A DNA stretch of 64,000 nt. Origin: Perna viridis. Taxonomy: Eukaryota. Below, piece by piece: positions 51,349 to 63,239 of this stretch; the stretch's first letter is position 1; each line of letters starts with the position of its first letter. Under the pieces are notes generated by a model that ran no database searches, had not been told where the DNA came from, and saw nothing but the letters and a program-made list of their open reading frames with translations. The stretch is from contig CM074511.1 in the NCBI GenBank assembly GCA_037379345.1, forward strand, positions 23,357,171-23,421,170, read 5' to 3'. The translations under genes were made by a program, and so were the position numbers.

Positions 51349-54023
51349 GATATTCGTTAGTACTAAGGTAATGTCTCAAGCTTAAGGTTTCATTTGAGAA
51401 TTCCTAAATAGTCATGTGCCATAAAAAATGGACGGTAATAGCTATCCACTGATCTCAAATAAGTGATTCATCAACATAGAGGATGTCAATGTGGTTTTAT
51501 TGATACAGAAGTCTAGCGGCCCACCTGATTATTTGTGTACATATGCTTTCGATTTCAATATTATTGAGTAAAAAATCAGATTATGACTGTGTTACTCTAA
51601 AGCATGTGCCATTTAATGAACTGAGACAAAAATAAAAATATTAGTATATGTCATATTCAACATTATAGGATATACTATTTTACCGACCATTCGTAATAAC
51701 TCCCTTTTGAGATCAACAATACCGGATAATTTGCATTACACGTACAATTAATAACTATATGTTACATATCTGGTACCAATACTAGTACTTACGTATAACC
51801 TAAAAGAAGTTTCTTTTTAACGAAGCTCTTCAGAACCATAAACCGCATATGCAGGGCAAGGCTAGTGATCTAACGTATGTTTAACAGGTGAAAAGGATAC
51901 ATATATATTTTTTACATGACAAAAACTTTTGTGATGATAATTGGACGAGTGATTCACATCATTTAGTCATGTTTTGTATGCGAGAAAAAGATGTTCAATT
52001 GAATATTTGCCATTCAATGGCTTGTTTTGAGTGTTTGAGCAGATTTGATGTTCATGATATACAAACGTTTACACCACTTTGATGACCCAGAATCAATCCA
52101 GTCTCTTATACACGTGTACTGCATACCCTTTTGTTACAAGCAGTTGCCAAATTTTGGCGAAGTGCTGTAATATTGTTTCTCCATTTATTCTAAGATAGTA
52201 ATTTGTATTTCAAGTATAGAATTAATAGGATTTGCAATTTTGCCTAGAGATTTGAAGGGTTTTAAGAACTTTTATCAAAGTACTGTGCATAAGAACCCTA
52301 ATGCAAATGTTCTTTTTGATAAAAACACCCTTCAAAAGCGACATTGGCTATTGAAAATCTTTTCCGAAGATAACGTTTTAGATTGAACAGTTTGAAACTC
52401 ATACCTTGAAGCCAGCTTCTTACATAATTATTAGTAATCAGGGAGACTGACTTTGCTTAAAATATCTGAATTAATTTTACATAATATTATATGATTAAAA
52501 GGTTTTATGCGCTACTGTAATTATCAAAGAAAATTACAGTGTCTTGCGTCAATTTATTCTTAATTTCAGAACTGATTAAAGAAATTACTTCCCAGATATT
52601 TAACAACAGACAATAAATGTGAGTTCGGGTGTTTTTAATTCATCCCTGTTTTGTTTTTGTATCAATTGCTATATGTATTATATTTTATTTGAATTCGAAT
52701 TAGAAATAATGATGATTAAATCATAGTAGAAGTTAACATTTATATGAAAATACCAAAATAATTCAAAAATAATGTAAGGTGTAAGAGACTGGATTGGAAT
52801 ATATATCTAATGTTGTTGTTCGCTTGTAGTGTGTGTATTTACGTATATTTTTACGTAGAACAGTTTCTACCAACCAATGACAAGTTTAACTCATTAATTC
52901 AACATTTAATTATAAATATTTAAATTAAAACATCACGACCTTTTAACATATGCCAGGCATTCGGCTTAGTTGCTTTGGTTTCTCGTTTCCCTTGTAAAGG
53001 CAACAGTTTTTAAAAATTAAGAAATTTTGGCATAACATTTTGAATATTTCATGAAGAGGTTTATCCTTTTACTCAAGGGTATATATAACTTGTACTGAAA
53101 TATCATATGTAGAAACTGGTAATGAAAATGTATTTGTAATTTGAATGCACTTCGGAAAGAACGTTTATCGTTAATGCTTTCATGAACGTTCTTTTGATGA
53201 TTGGCTTCTGGCTATAAAAGTGAAAAGTAAGAATTTTCATCCAAAGACTAAGAAAATGAATGAATTTGTACAAAGTTTATGAAATAGAATGATATTGTTT
53301 TTATTTTGTGAATGAAACTACTCTAGTAAAAAAAGTCATCATTGTCATCTGCATATCAAGCCATTCGTTTCTTGTTTAAAAAAACAAACATGCTGAAATG
53401 TGTGATATATATTACGTGTAAGTTTATATAAGAATCCGGCAAAATGGAACATCCAGAAACATGCATTTAAAAAAAACAACCGATCTGACAATTTAATTTC
53501 ACTCAATGATGCATTCTCTATCTGAAAAGACTATTATTTGATCTGAGCATCATTGGATTTGCTCAGACATTTTTTTTAAACGAACGTTAGAAAAATGAGG
53601 TTTTTTTTGGAAGAGTTAACTGCCCTTGAAATGTTATTTTTGGTGCATTTCAGTGGAATCATCACTCAATTTCCCAAATTGATTTGGAAAATCTTGTCTC
53701 TATTTCATGATTCTCATGGTACAAGTAGTCAAATTAAACTTTCAAAGGGAAGTTTTTTTTATACCATGTTTCACCTACTGCCTGATTCTTACAGAGACTG
53801 ATACTTAATAATTTGGTGGTCATGCACAGACGGGAGAGAAGAGTTTCGATGATATTTCACAATAATGTATAAGTTGTAGATATTGTAAATTGTATTTATG
53901 TTTGTTGAAATTGATTTGGATGAAGATAATGAGGATATTGTAGTGTTGAGACAATGCTTGATCTATCACTATTGAAAACGTAATTGTTTTTATAAGTATC
54001 GATATAAAAAATATGTTTTGTTA

Positions 54024-54230
54024 AAGAGTAATCAAGGGAACAAAGATTCTAGCAGGAATCAAAAGTTTGTAATCCAGGAACAAAGACCAGACATGGAAAA
54101 CAGACAAACACAACAAAGAACATAAAGTAACTAAAATAATACATACAAAGTAACAAAAGTAAATGAGCAACTCGGACTTCACTAAAAACTGTAAGCATGG
54201 ACCAGGTGCACCGGTACGTTAAGCGTCTTA
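54024..54230 (-). mobile_element. 3' end of the Penelope-like element family
   Basis: AAGAGTAATCAAGGGAAC...GCATGGACCAGGTGCACCGGTA. Confidence 0.85.
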
Positions 54231-55651
54231 ATAACTGCTCGCATCAAACTGTGACCTATTAACTCTCCCAATCAAATGTATTTCAGATATGAACACCATT
54301 TAAAAGCATTATTTGTACTAATGTCTTGCACTCAACATCAAAAGATAAACAAATAATTCAAAATTCGGTTTGGGTAACTTTACACCAAACGAAACCAATC
54401 GCCGTTTAAGATGGTGGTTATCTAGATTTTTATATCAGAATTTAAACGAGGACATCGTGATAAACATTCTCTGCTTTTCTAGAAGCACCCATTTATGATA
54501 TCGGATCTGGATGGAAACGAAAGAATTGGGAACAAATCTGAAATTGTAATATCTACAGAAATGGAAATACATTTAGTGTGGTCATTCAATATACCTATAA
54601 CTCTAAGAAATTCTTAAAAAATATCATCTTCAAATATTCAAAAGGATATATTATCAATATATACGTAATATACCTGAATGTGGACATAATCATGGTAGTA
54701 GTGATCGTGTACGTGTGTGCGCGCGCGTTTGTACGTGTGTTTTTTTAGTCTGCTTGCTAAGAAATCAGTAAAATGATTAGTAGTATGCAAATCAATTTTG
54801 CAATTTTTGTAAGGCATCTGGTATTTGCCTTGGGTGGTGCAAATGATAATATGTGAAAATGGTAAGAAAAAATATTTAGATTATGTGAATGTTATTTGAA
54901 ATTATGAATTATATTTATTGTCAGTTATTTTATTGAATAAAAGCATTGTTTTGTATAAGAAGTGTTTTCTTTCTTGCATAATTCCAGACACAACATATAG
55001 ACAAGAAAGCAACGTTTTTTATACTTTGAACAACTGATCTGTTGTTCCTTTAAGAATTGCAATTAAATCATTGACACAGTATGTAATACTCTATTTAACA
55101 TAACCTTGACAGAAGAAAAAAAAATGTTCGATTGTTATTTTTCAAACTAATCAAACTTCTTGCTAGGAAGAAATTCTTACTGAGAACCATTCAATTTATT
55201 TGTTGCATTTGAGGCAGGTGTAACCTGTAAATGGACTGAGTTGAATATATAAATATATTTCCTAGACTTCTTGACGGTTCTTGTCACTTCCTGACGCTAC
55301 TTGACACCTCTTGTCGCTAATATGTGAGACCGGTACTTCAAACTTTCTGACTTAAGCCAAAAAGGCTCTTATGGCATGTTGGAAACGAAAAAAGTATCTG
55401 AACTCAAATAATTATTGAAGTTCGTATAATAAACGCTTTTTAGTAAAAAAACATACGAAAATATCGAACTTTATAAGGGAAGTTCGAAAGGCGCAGCTTA
55501 CTCTCAGATTGAAATCAGACTGTCAGTGCGTCCAAGCTATGCCTTTATTTTACAATACTTACTGTTATGAAGACTTAGTCCTTTATCATGTATTTCTTCA
55601 CGAATACGTACCATCGTTCAATTATTTAAGTTGAATATCTTTCACAGACTT

Positions 55652-56040
55652 CTTACAATTAGGCTACTAGAGCAGGTTTTTGTTGCTACAAGATTGAAGT
55701 CATCACTACCGTCGTTACGGTGTATCTATCTGCACCATGAAAACTAATTTGTTCAATGTGTCATACTTTTCCTTTCCTCTTTCTTCTACCCCAGACTTGA
55801 CTTTCTATGAGCAACTCGGCAAGTGTTTCTAGAAAAGCAAAGGACACATACCCTACCGGCGCACCTGGTCCATGCTCCCAGGTTTTAGTGGAGTCCGAGT
55901 TGCTCATTTACTTTTGTTACTGTGTATGTATTATTTTATTTATTATATGTTCTTTGTTGTGTTTGTCTGTTTTCCATATCTAGTCTTTCTCCCATTCTTT
56001 TCATTTCCGCTAGAATCTTGGTTCCGTTGATTACTCTTTC
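55652..56040 (+). mobile_element. 3' portion of the Penelope-like element: RT C-terminus plus complete 3' UTR
   Basis: CTTACAATTAGG...GCTACAAGATT...TCGTTACGGTGTATC...CACCATGAAAACT matches 1110-1270 (with an internal deletion) and runs on to TGATTACTCTT, the shared 3' terminus. Confidence 0.85.
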
Positions 56041-56904
56041 ATGTGACTATGAATTATCAATTATTTTTCTCATGTCTGTCTTTTCCATATAATACCATTT
56101 ATTTCCTGTGGTTTCCAATAATTATCATTTGTTTGTTTCTTTATACTTACCCCATGATATACGAAACCCTTCTCGTGAAAATAAAGATGGTCATATATTC
56201 GTATTCGTCTGTATACAATTACTAGTAATACAGTTTACTTGAAATCGAAGTCAGGCTTAAATTTGGTATTTCAGTATTTATATTGTATGGTATCAAATCT
56301 TCGTCTCCTAGGCAACCAGTCCAATATTTCAGAGATTATTGCCAACCCTGACATCTCTTGTTTGCTAACGTGATTCAGCGGCCACTTTTAAGGATTTCTC
56401 TCAGATGAACAATCATTATAAAACTAGAAACGGTCCTTATAAACAGCTTGAGCAGGTGCGCGTAGCTTTTAACAACTGTAATATTGGATATTAATTGACA
56501 AGTACAACGTTTGATCAAATAAAATGTTTAAAGATTTTTCTTAGAAAACAGAATCAATGTCTTTAACATGATCTGATACGTTTGGAACTAAAATCTTGTA
56601 TCACTTATTCAAACATCATAGTCATGCACTGATCTGTCAGGTGAACTACTAGATAATGTCACACGATCTTTACGTCAATTGTGATCCATTGCTTATGAGT
56701 AGAAAGTCATGCAAAACAAAGTAAAATAATAAAAATCAAATCTGTATATAATTTTTATTTCAATATTTTTGTGAAAGATTTCATTTCTGAGAAAAGCGAC
56801 ATGACATAATCATGATATGAGCAATTCTATATGGTTAATATCTGTAAAATGAAATAACAGCTGTTACAAGCCTGTTATTTGTTTCAAGTTAAATGTATAT
56901 TTTA

Positions 56905-57150
56905 TAACGATTGAGATAATTAACTTCATGGAAAAGAGTTGGTTTTCCTGACAATCGCCGGATGAGATTTTTTAGGTAATTATTTGGACAATTAACAAGT
57001 AGATTTTTTAACTTTATCAAACTTAGATAAAGAATACACATAAAATGGTAGAAAGTTAAAATCTCCTTGTTAATTGTACAGTTCAGTATGTAAAGCATTT
57101 CATCGGGTAATGTTCATTCAATCAAGGGAAGTTAACTATTTAACTCGCTC
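56905..57150. mobile_element. TA-flanked hairpin MITE family, copy 6
   Basis: TTAACTTCATGGAA ... GAAGTTAACTATTTAACTCGCTC|TA; internal GGACAATTAACAAG / CTTGTTAATTGTAC arms as in other copies. Confidence 0.7.
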
Positions 57151-58304
57151 TACAGGTTTTTTTATGAAGATGGATTAGTTTGTCTTTTCACCGCGAACAA
57201 ACTTACAGTAGGGTTAACTTTGATCAAGAAATAGTTTTTCACGAAGCACATTCAGATAACACACTACTGTAAAATATTGCATTACTAACTGAAAAAAAGA
57301 CCCTCTAAAATATTTCATTTTCATTTCTTTTTTTTACTGTAAATTTTACGCTGAAACATATTACATAATGGGGTGTGTTTGATTCCACAACATAACAAAG
57401 TACAATTAAGGATTTGACATAATACAGCATAAAATAAATAAAAGTATTAACTTAAACTCCATTCAGACAACTCGACGTACAATGCTGTCTAAATAATTGA
57501 TTTGCAAAATAAATCTTTTTACTACATAAATCGTGTTACGTAGTGAAAATAAGACCTTTTGTTGCTCTAGGAAGCTATGAAATCCAGTTTTGCAACAGCA
57601 ATGAGCGTAACGTTTTATGGCAAGGTAGCCCATTGTGGTAAACAAATGTTATTGAATATTAGAAACATATTGACAGATAAAAATCTCATTTCTCAGCTCT
57701 TAAAGCCATCTGTAGCCACAGAAACTATCCAATTTTGAATTGGTCCTAGAAAAGTAAATGATAGGTGAGATAACTGTATTATTATAAACATGTATTTACT
57801 TACAACGCCAAAATGAAATGGTATTTAGACTTTATAAATATCGCTGTTGATCACTATTTCTTGAATTACATGTACAATACAATTCTGGAATGTATGAGCC
57901 ATTTACATACTGTTTACATATACATGTAAATCTAGATTCTTGTTCACATAATTTGTATGATTCATATGATAACAAAAATGACTAAATAAATAACATAACG
58001 CACCAGATATTAATAAAACTAATCTCATTAAAGATCTTCAAATTAAAACATAAAACCTCAATATTTATCAAAACTGATCAAATAATATCGATATAATTAC
58101 CAGAGTAAATGTGGATAAAATAAACATCTTACAATCATCTCAAAATGTAATCTAATACAATATGTTCATGACAGCACATACTTTTTAAGTATTGACTCGC
58201 AGAGGACTCGAATATTCTTTAAAAAAATGTTTTCTCGCTAACACTGACATAACCAATGTATGAACAATGTCATAATAATACTAGTTTTATCTTACATATC
58301 TCTC

Positions 58305-58309
<5 letters not shown>

Positions 58310-58345
<36 letters not shown>
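58310..58345. repeat. (CA)n microsatellite
   Basis: 18 units, preceded by a short (TC)n. Confidence 0.95.
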
Positions 58346-58348
<3 letters not shown>

Positions 58349-58947
58349 GTACGTGCAAACATAATTATAACTGTAACATAATATGGAATACGAAACACAG
58401 TCATTCTGACGTAACATTCATACAGTACAATACAAAATGATTGTTTGTTCAAGGATTTTTTTCCGATATCAAATTATATATGTACCATGATTTATTTAAC
58501 ACTTAATTCAAAACACTTGGGCATTGTATGCAATAATTTTCTATTTTAAGTATCAATAATTTGATAACACAAGAGTCCACTAATTAAATCGTAAGTACAT
58601 GGAATCAGCACTGACCATTTAATGGCGAACACATATACAAAATAAAGTTAAGGGTAAAATGTATCATTCTGAAAACACTGCCAGTAACAGGTTACAGATG
58701 AGTCGAACTGTCTTCATTTTGCACATTACAGAAATACTGTTCTGTTCATATTAAAAACTTGCATTTTTAATGCATCTGTGTAATATGACAACATGATATT
58801 ACATGGATTGACTTAAAATATCCTGTTCCATGTGTTAGACAAACCTTCGTCATCATTACCTATTTAGGTGGTGTGTGCTAGCCTGTTTAGATCCTTTCCT
58901 TAACAAGCTTTGTACTTTAAAGTTCCTTTTGTGACGACAACTTGTTC

Positions 58948-59155
58948 TTATTGCAGAAGCTGTACTATAAAACTAATCGATGTCGTCACTAATATCGCAA
59001 TGAAAGTTGATACGTGTGAAGTAACTGCCGAAGTAATATAATTTGCACATATAGGGGGAGTTAACCCCCCTTCAAAGTCAGCTAACACTGCTCCCACTTC
59101 TTTACCACATGAAGTCTTTAATGATTTAAGGCATGTATTTGACCAATGAAATAAA
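58948..59155 (-). CDS. Paralog C coding exon 5
   Basis: TTTTTCAG| acceptor; TAA stop at 58950-58948. Confidence 0.92.
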
Positions 59156-62100
59156 CTGAAAAACAAATAAAGAGAAAAATAAATATCACTGTTTCTGTTT
59201 AGATTGTACCAAAAATGTATTTCAAATCACTAATCAATTACAAAATATATTTGCGATATTATATTTTTATTATCCTTACTAAAAAAAAATGACCTCACTT
59301 TCAAAAACATTCCGAAAATTTAGACTTATTCTAAAATTATCAGTTCTTCAAGAATTGCAATGGACTTAAAATTTAGTACATTGCAATCATTTCTTAAAAA
59401 AAACCGATTATTTTTGTTTGTCAATAGTTTGTTTTCTTGCTTGTATAGTTGTTTCACGATGAATCTCCCGATACCCTGCGAATAAGTTCTTTGACACCTA
59501 TGTAATCCCTCGGTGATTAACATGCCTCATTGTGTGTACTACTAATGTACTAATACAGTTAGATGTTCTATTATATTTCTCACACCTTGTTGAATTTTTG
59601 TTCAAGATTATTTCAGACAAGTGATACATAGTATAACATCAGAGTGGTAATTAAGTCTGCAAAGGAGAAAGTATAACAACAAAGAAAATTCATGACGAAA
59701 CTAATACATACCTGCACATTGCTCTCATAACATTCTCATCAACATGATACCCATCTCTGGTGCGGACGGTATATTTTGGAGTATTTTTGAACTGTTCGTG
59801 GTTTCTTTTAACACAGGCATCAACTTGTGCATTTTGTTTATCTATACAGACCTTTTGACTGGCATACACTGTAAAAATGAATATATTTCAATTTTTCATT
59901 TTCGGGACCTTCAGAAGTTTGTGACATGAATGAATGGCTTCAACGATTTTTTCCTCAAAGTTTGCCTTAAAACAATGATATTCAGTCGTGTATTTTCAGT
60001 CATACTGTTGTGGTATTTATTATTTATTATTTGGTAATATAGTAATAGTATCTTATTACCTGTATGTGTGCTATGTGAAAGGAGAAGGTTCGGTTATGGC
60101 CAATTTTGGCCTCAAAATTTGAATTTGTATCGTTTTTGTACACATAAGTATTTACACCAGCTAGTTCGATAAGATTTAGGTCAAAACAGAAAAGCATCTC
60201 GACATTGTAGCACCAACAAAATTGTCTAAATGATGAAAATCCAAAAAATCTCAATATTTCGGCATATTTTTGATGATTTTTGTGGAAAACAAATGTTGCC
60301 GCGTGCGTGTTCATTCTCGATTATTATATATATTGTGTAGTATTATAAAAAATTGTAAGATACAACATACATGTCAATATTTTGGATAAACGCGGATGCG
60401 GCCATTTCCGTTTTAGGCAAAAACCATCGAAAAATATGTGCAAAAATGCAACAAAATTGAAGATTTCGCTAATGTTGTGTTAATTGTGACCGCTATTAGG
60501 TCAAAAACATTCATGATATGAGATGTATTTACTACAACCATTATCCTTTCAAATAAACCAACCAGTATAGACCAAAACAAATCTTCCCAATACGTTGAAT
60601 ACTGGGGGCCAAAATAGAGCCTTACCTAATCTGCTCCTTTATCGTTTATAAAAACAATTATCAAACGAATACATAGACAATAAAAAAGTTACCATGATAG
60701 ATAACTTTCACATTCACTTTCATTCCGGAAAAGTTTTTTTTCAATTATATCGAGGTCAAAAGGCGTAAGATCGGATGACATTGCAATGGATGCCAATTAA
60801 GGGAACAGAAACTGGATTCGATCACTACCAGGAATTTTAAATGATACATATATAATAGAACCATTTCAGATATGGCGTATTTTCACTATTACTGTTCTTG
60901 CAGCCTTCAAATGCGACATCCTTTCTCCGTTTAGTATAAAACCGTTAACCAGTTTCCACCAGATTCGACGTAAACGGCGGATCTGAAAGTCATCTATTGA
61001 ACACTTCAGATTATACTTACAATTAACGTGCTGACAAAATCTGTCAAAACCAGATTGCCATCGTACTGGTCTAGCTATTTTTTGTAGCCATTCAATTGCT
61101 TCTGGATCAACACAGCTGTCGTATATTCTACGAAGGCACTGTACACTATCATCGAATGCGCCAGTCCTTTTTAATAAGACATACGATTATTACGATCCTT
61201 TTAGAGTTGAGCATGTTTTCAATTGTAAATTGAATTCATTTTATTTAAATTGTGTCTACTTAGATATATATACATTCCCAACTAATTGATTCTTATTGAT
61301 TCATATTGATTTAAATGATATCGTAACAAGGCAATTACGGTTTGGTACTTCGAAATGATGATACCTATTCAAACTTACCTACAGTTCTTCTTCATAATTT
61401 CAACATTGGTTGCTGATACTAGGGGTGTACCTTTACTTTGCTGCGTGAGGTTCAGGAGACAACTCAATGTTTCCTGCAGTAAATCTTTTGGGCATGTTTG
61501 ACCAGAACATGTCAAGTTAATTAACCAGAGTAAGATCATCATGGTTACATCTGAAGAAATAGAAATTCCAATTAGTTTGCGAAATGATAAGTGACGTATA
61601 TGTAACTACGAAATGATAGATGATGTAAATATTTTGTTATATAATAGTTTATCCGTCTGTTGCACATTTCTACCTTCTATCACTTCAAGTGATTCAGCTT
61701 CTCAATATTCATATTCAGTGGCGGATTCGGGGAAGGTATTGAAGGAGTTGGACCCCCACCCCTATAAAGTGAAATGGTCAATCCTTAACTTGACATATCA
61801 AGTTAAACACATCCATACAAGTACACCTTCAAGAAAGAAGCATTGTTATATGTATATGACTTGTCTTATGGTTATGGCAAGCCATTGTGGAATTTGTTCC
61901 CCATTTACTGATGTCAGCAGATAAGTAACATATGTTAATGGATATTTACCAACATATGCATAATTCAACTGTTGATATCAATAAATGGAGGAGTTCTCTA
62001 GAAAATGCATACACATTAAAGACAAAACGTATGTATGTTCAAATTTGCTCTTCGGGCAATACCAGTCTGCGTCTATACTTGTCCCTCGGGCAATGCCAGT

Positions 62101-63145
62101 CTGTGTCCAAACTAGTTCATTTAGATTAAAATATACGTTTTTGTATATGTGTATATGTATTATAAGTGCTTGTTTAAACCCTATATCTTTTACCGTATAT
62201 CACAACCCTAATTGGAACACACTAGAAGTATAGTAAGAATATCTTAAATAACGAACGTGACAGGTCAAGACGTATCAAGCCTCGACTCATTTCACTCCTC
62301 TTGCCGGAACCTTGGGTGATACACATGTATAGGAGACTCGGGTTGATATGGCATATGAAGCAGGTTTTGGCATTAAATATTTATTATATGCTAAACAAAT
62401 TTCTGACCTTGCATATGCTTCTTCAAGTTATTGTTTACTTTTTGTCTAGACAAAAATAAACATACAGCAATACACAAAAGCTGATGTTTGTGTGTTTGTG
62501 TGTTTGTGTGTTTGTTTTTTAATATATAAACCCCAGTAAACTATGAAGACATTTTAAATAAAACGGTTAACTTAAATCTAAAACATTAAAAACAGTTTAC
62601 ATAAAGAACAGGTGATAAATAGGAATAGAATCATCAATTCCATAGATTTGATATCTTCATATCTAAAATCTTCTCCCATTATATAATCAGCAGACAGTAA
62701 TAAATAAAGTCAACCAGCGATATTTCACGCTAAGAATAGTTGAAAGATTCTGTAATGCAAGATATGATCAAGAATGCTTCGCACGAATTTCCAACTATGA
62801 CTCTAATTATCATAAATACAAATTTAAGAATATTTGTAAAAGAACGAGTATTTCCGTTGAAGTGCATGTGTAGGCATTAGATTGCAGCTTAATATGGTTT
62901 TATGATCATATTTTTCATTACCACATGTAGAAGTGTGCCATAAATAGCACACAGATAAAAATAAAGAATTTTTACACGCATATTAGAATGAATTTTAGGT
63001 ATAGGTAATTAGTAAGCTGATAAATTCTAAATACGAAATCATAATCCGGAATGTTAGTTGTTTTAATTAATGTGCTATAAGAAAAACAAAAAATGCACTT
63101 ACTTATTTGACATGACCAGGTTAGCATGTTTTCAAAAGATACCAT
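58948..63145 (-). CDS. Paralog C: uncharacterised cysteine-rich, probably GPI-anchored glycoprotein, 241 aa (235 aa from ATG 63127), 5 coding exons
   Basis: Exons 63145-63103, 61550-61379, 61166-61021, 59868-59712, 59155-58948; GT-AG, phases 1,2,1,2. MVSFENMLTWSCQINVTMMILLWLINLTCSGQTCPKDLLQETLSCLLNLTQQSKGTPLVSATNVEIMKKNCRTGAFDDSVQCLRRIYDSCVDPEAIEWLQKIARPVRWQSGFDRFCQHVNLYASQKVCIDKQNAQVDACVKRNHEQFKNTPKYTVRTRDGYHVDENVMRAMCSLFHWSNTCLKSLKTSCGKEVGAVLADFEGGLTPPICANYITSAVTSHVSTFIAILVTTSISFIVQLLQ. Confidence 0.9.
59712..59868 (-). CDS. Paralog C coding exon 4
   Basis: TTTTTACAG| ... AG|GTATGT; 157 nt. Confidence 0.92.
60080..60638. mobile_element. Non-autonomous DNA transposon of about 560 bp with TIRs, in intron 3 of paralog C
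   Basis: AGGAGAAGGTTCGGTTATGGCCAATTTTGGCC ... GGCCAAAATAGAGCCTTACCTAATCTGCTCCT; degenerate TTAA-like flanks (TGAA, TTAT). Confidence 0.7.
61021..61166 (-). CDS. Paralog C coding exon 3
   Basis: AAG| ... T|GTAAGT; 146 nt. Confidence 0.9.
61379..61550 (-). CDS. Paralog C coding exon 2
   Basis: TTCAG| ... AG|GTAAGT; 172 nt. Confidence 0.92.
63103..63145 (-). CDS. Paralog C coding exon 1
   Basis: In-frame ATGs at 63145 and 63127; phase-1 donor A|GTAAGT. Confidence 0.75.
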
Positions 63146-63224
63146 TCCATCCTCACATCACAGCTGTATCTTCCTAAAGCTGAAAATAAACAATGTAAAA
63201 ACTTCACTTCCGCCATGATCAAGG

Positions 63225-63239
63225 TAATTAATGTAACAC
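63225..63239 (-). promoter_or_regulatory. Conserved upstream motif GTGTTACATTAATTA of paralog C
   Basis: 14/15 match to the motif upstream of A and B, at an equivalent distance. Confidence 0.6.

Noticed and set aside
2366-62233. Most ORFs in the supplied track as stand-alone genes
   Set aside because: Short, rich in F/I/L/K/N/Y as expected by chance in AT-rich DNA, with no recognisable motifs. Several are read from repeat copies. Only 17853, 48752, 49324, 51163 and 58948 overlap real exons in the coding frame.
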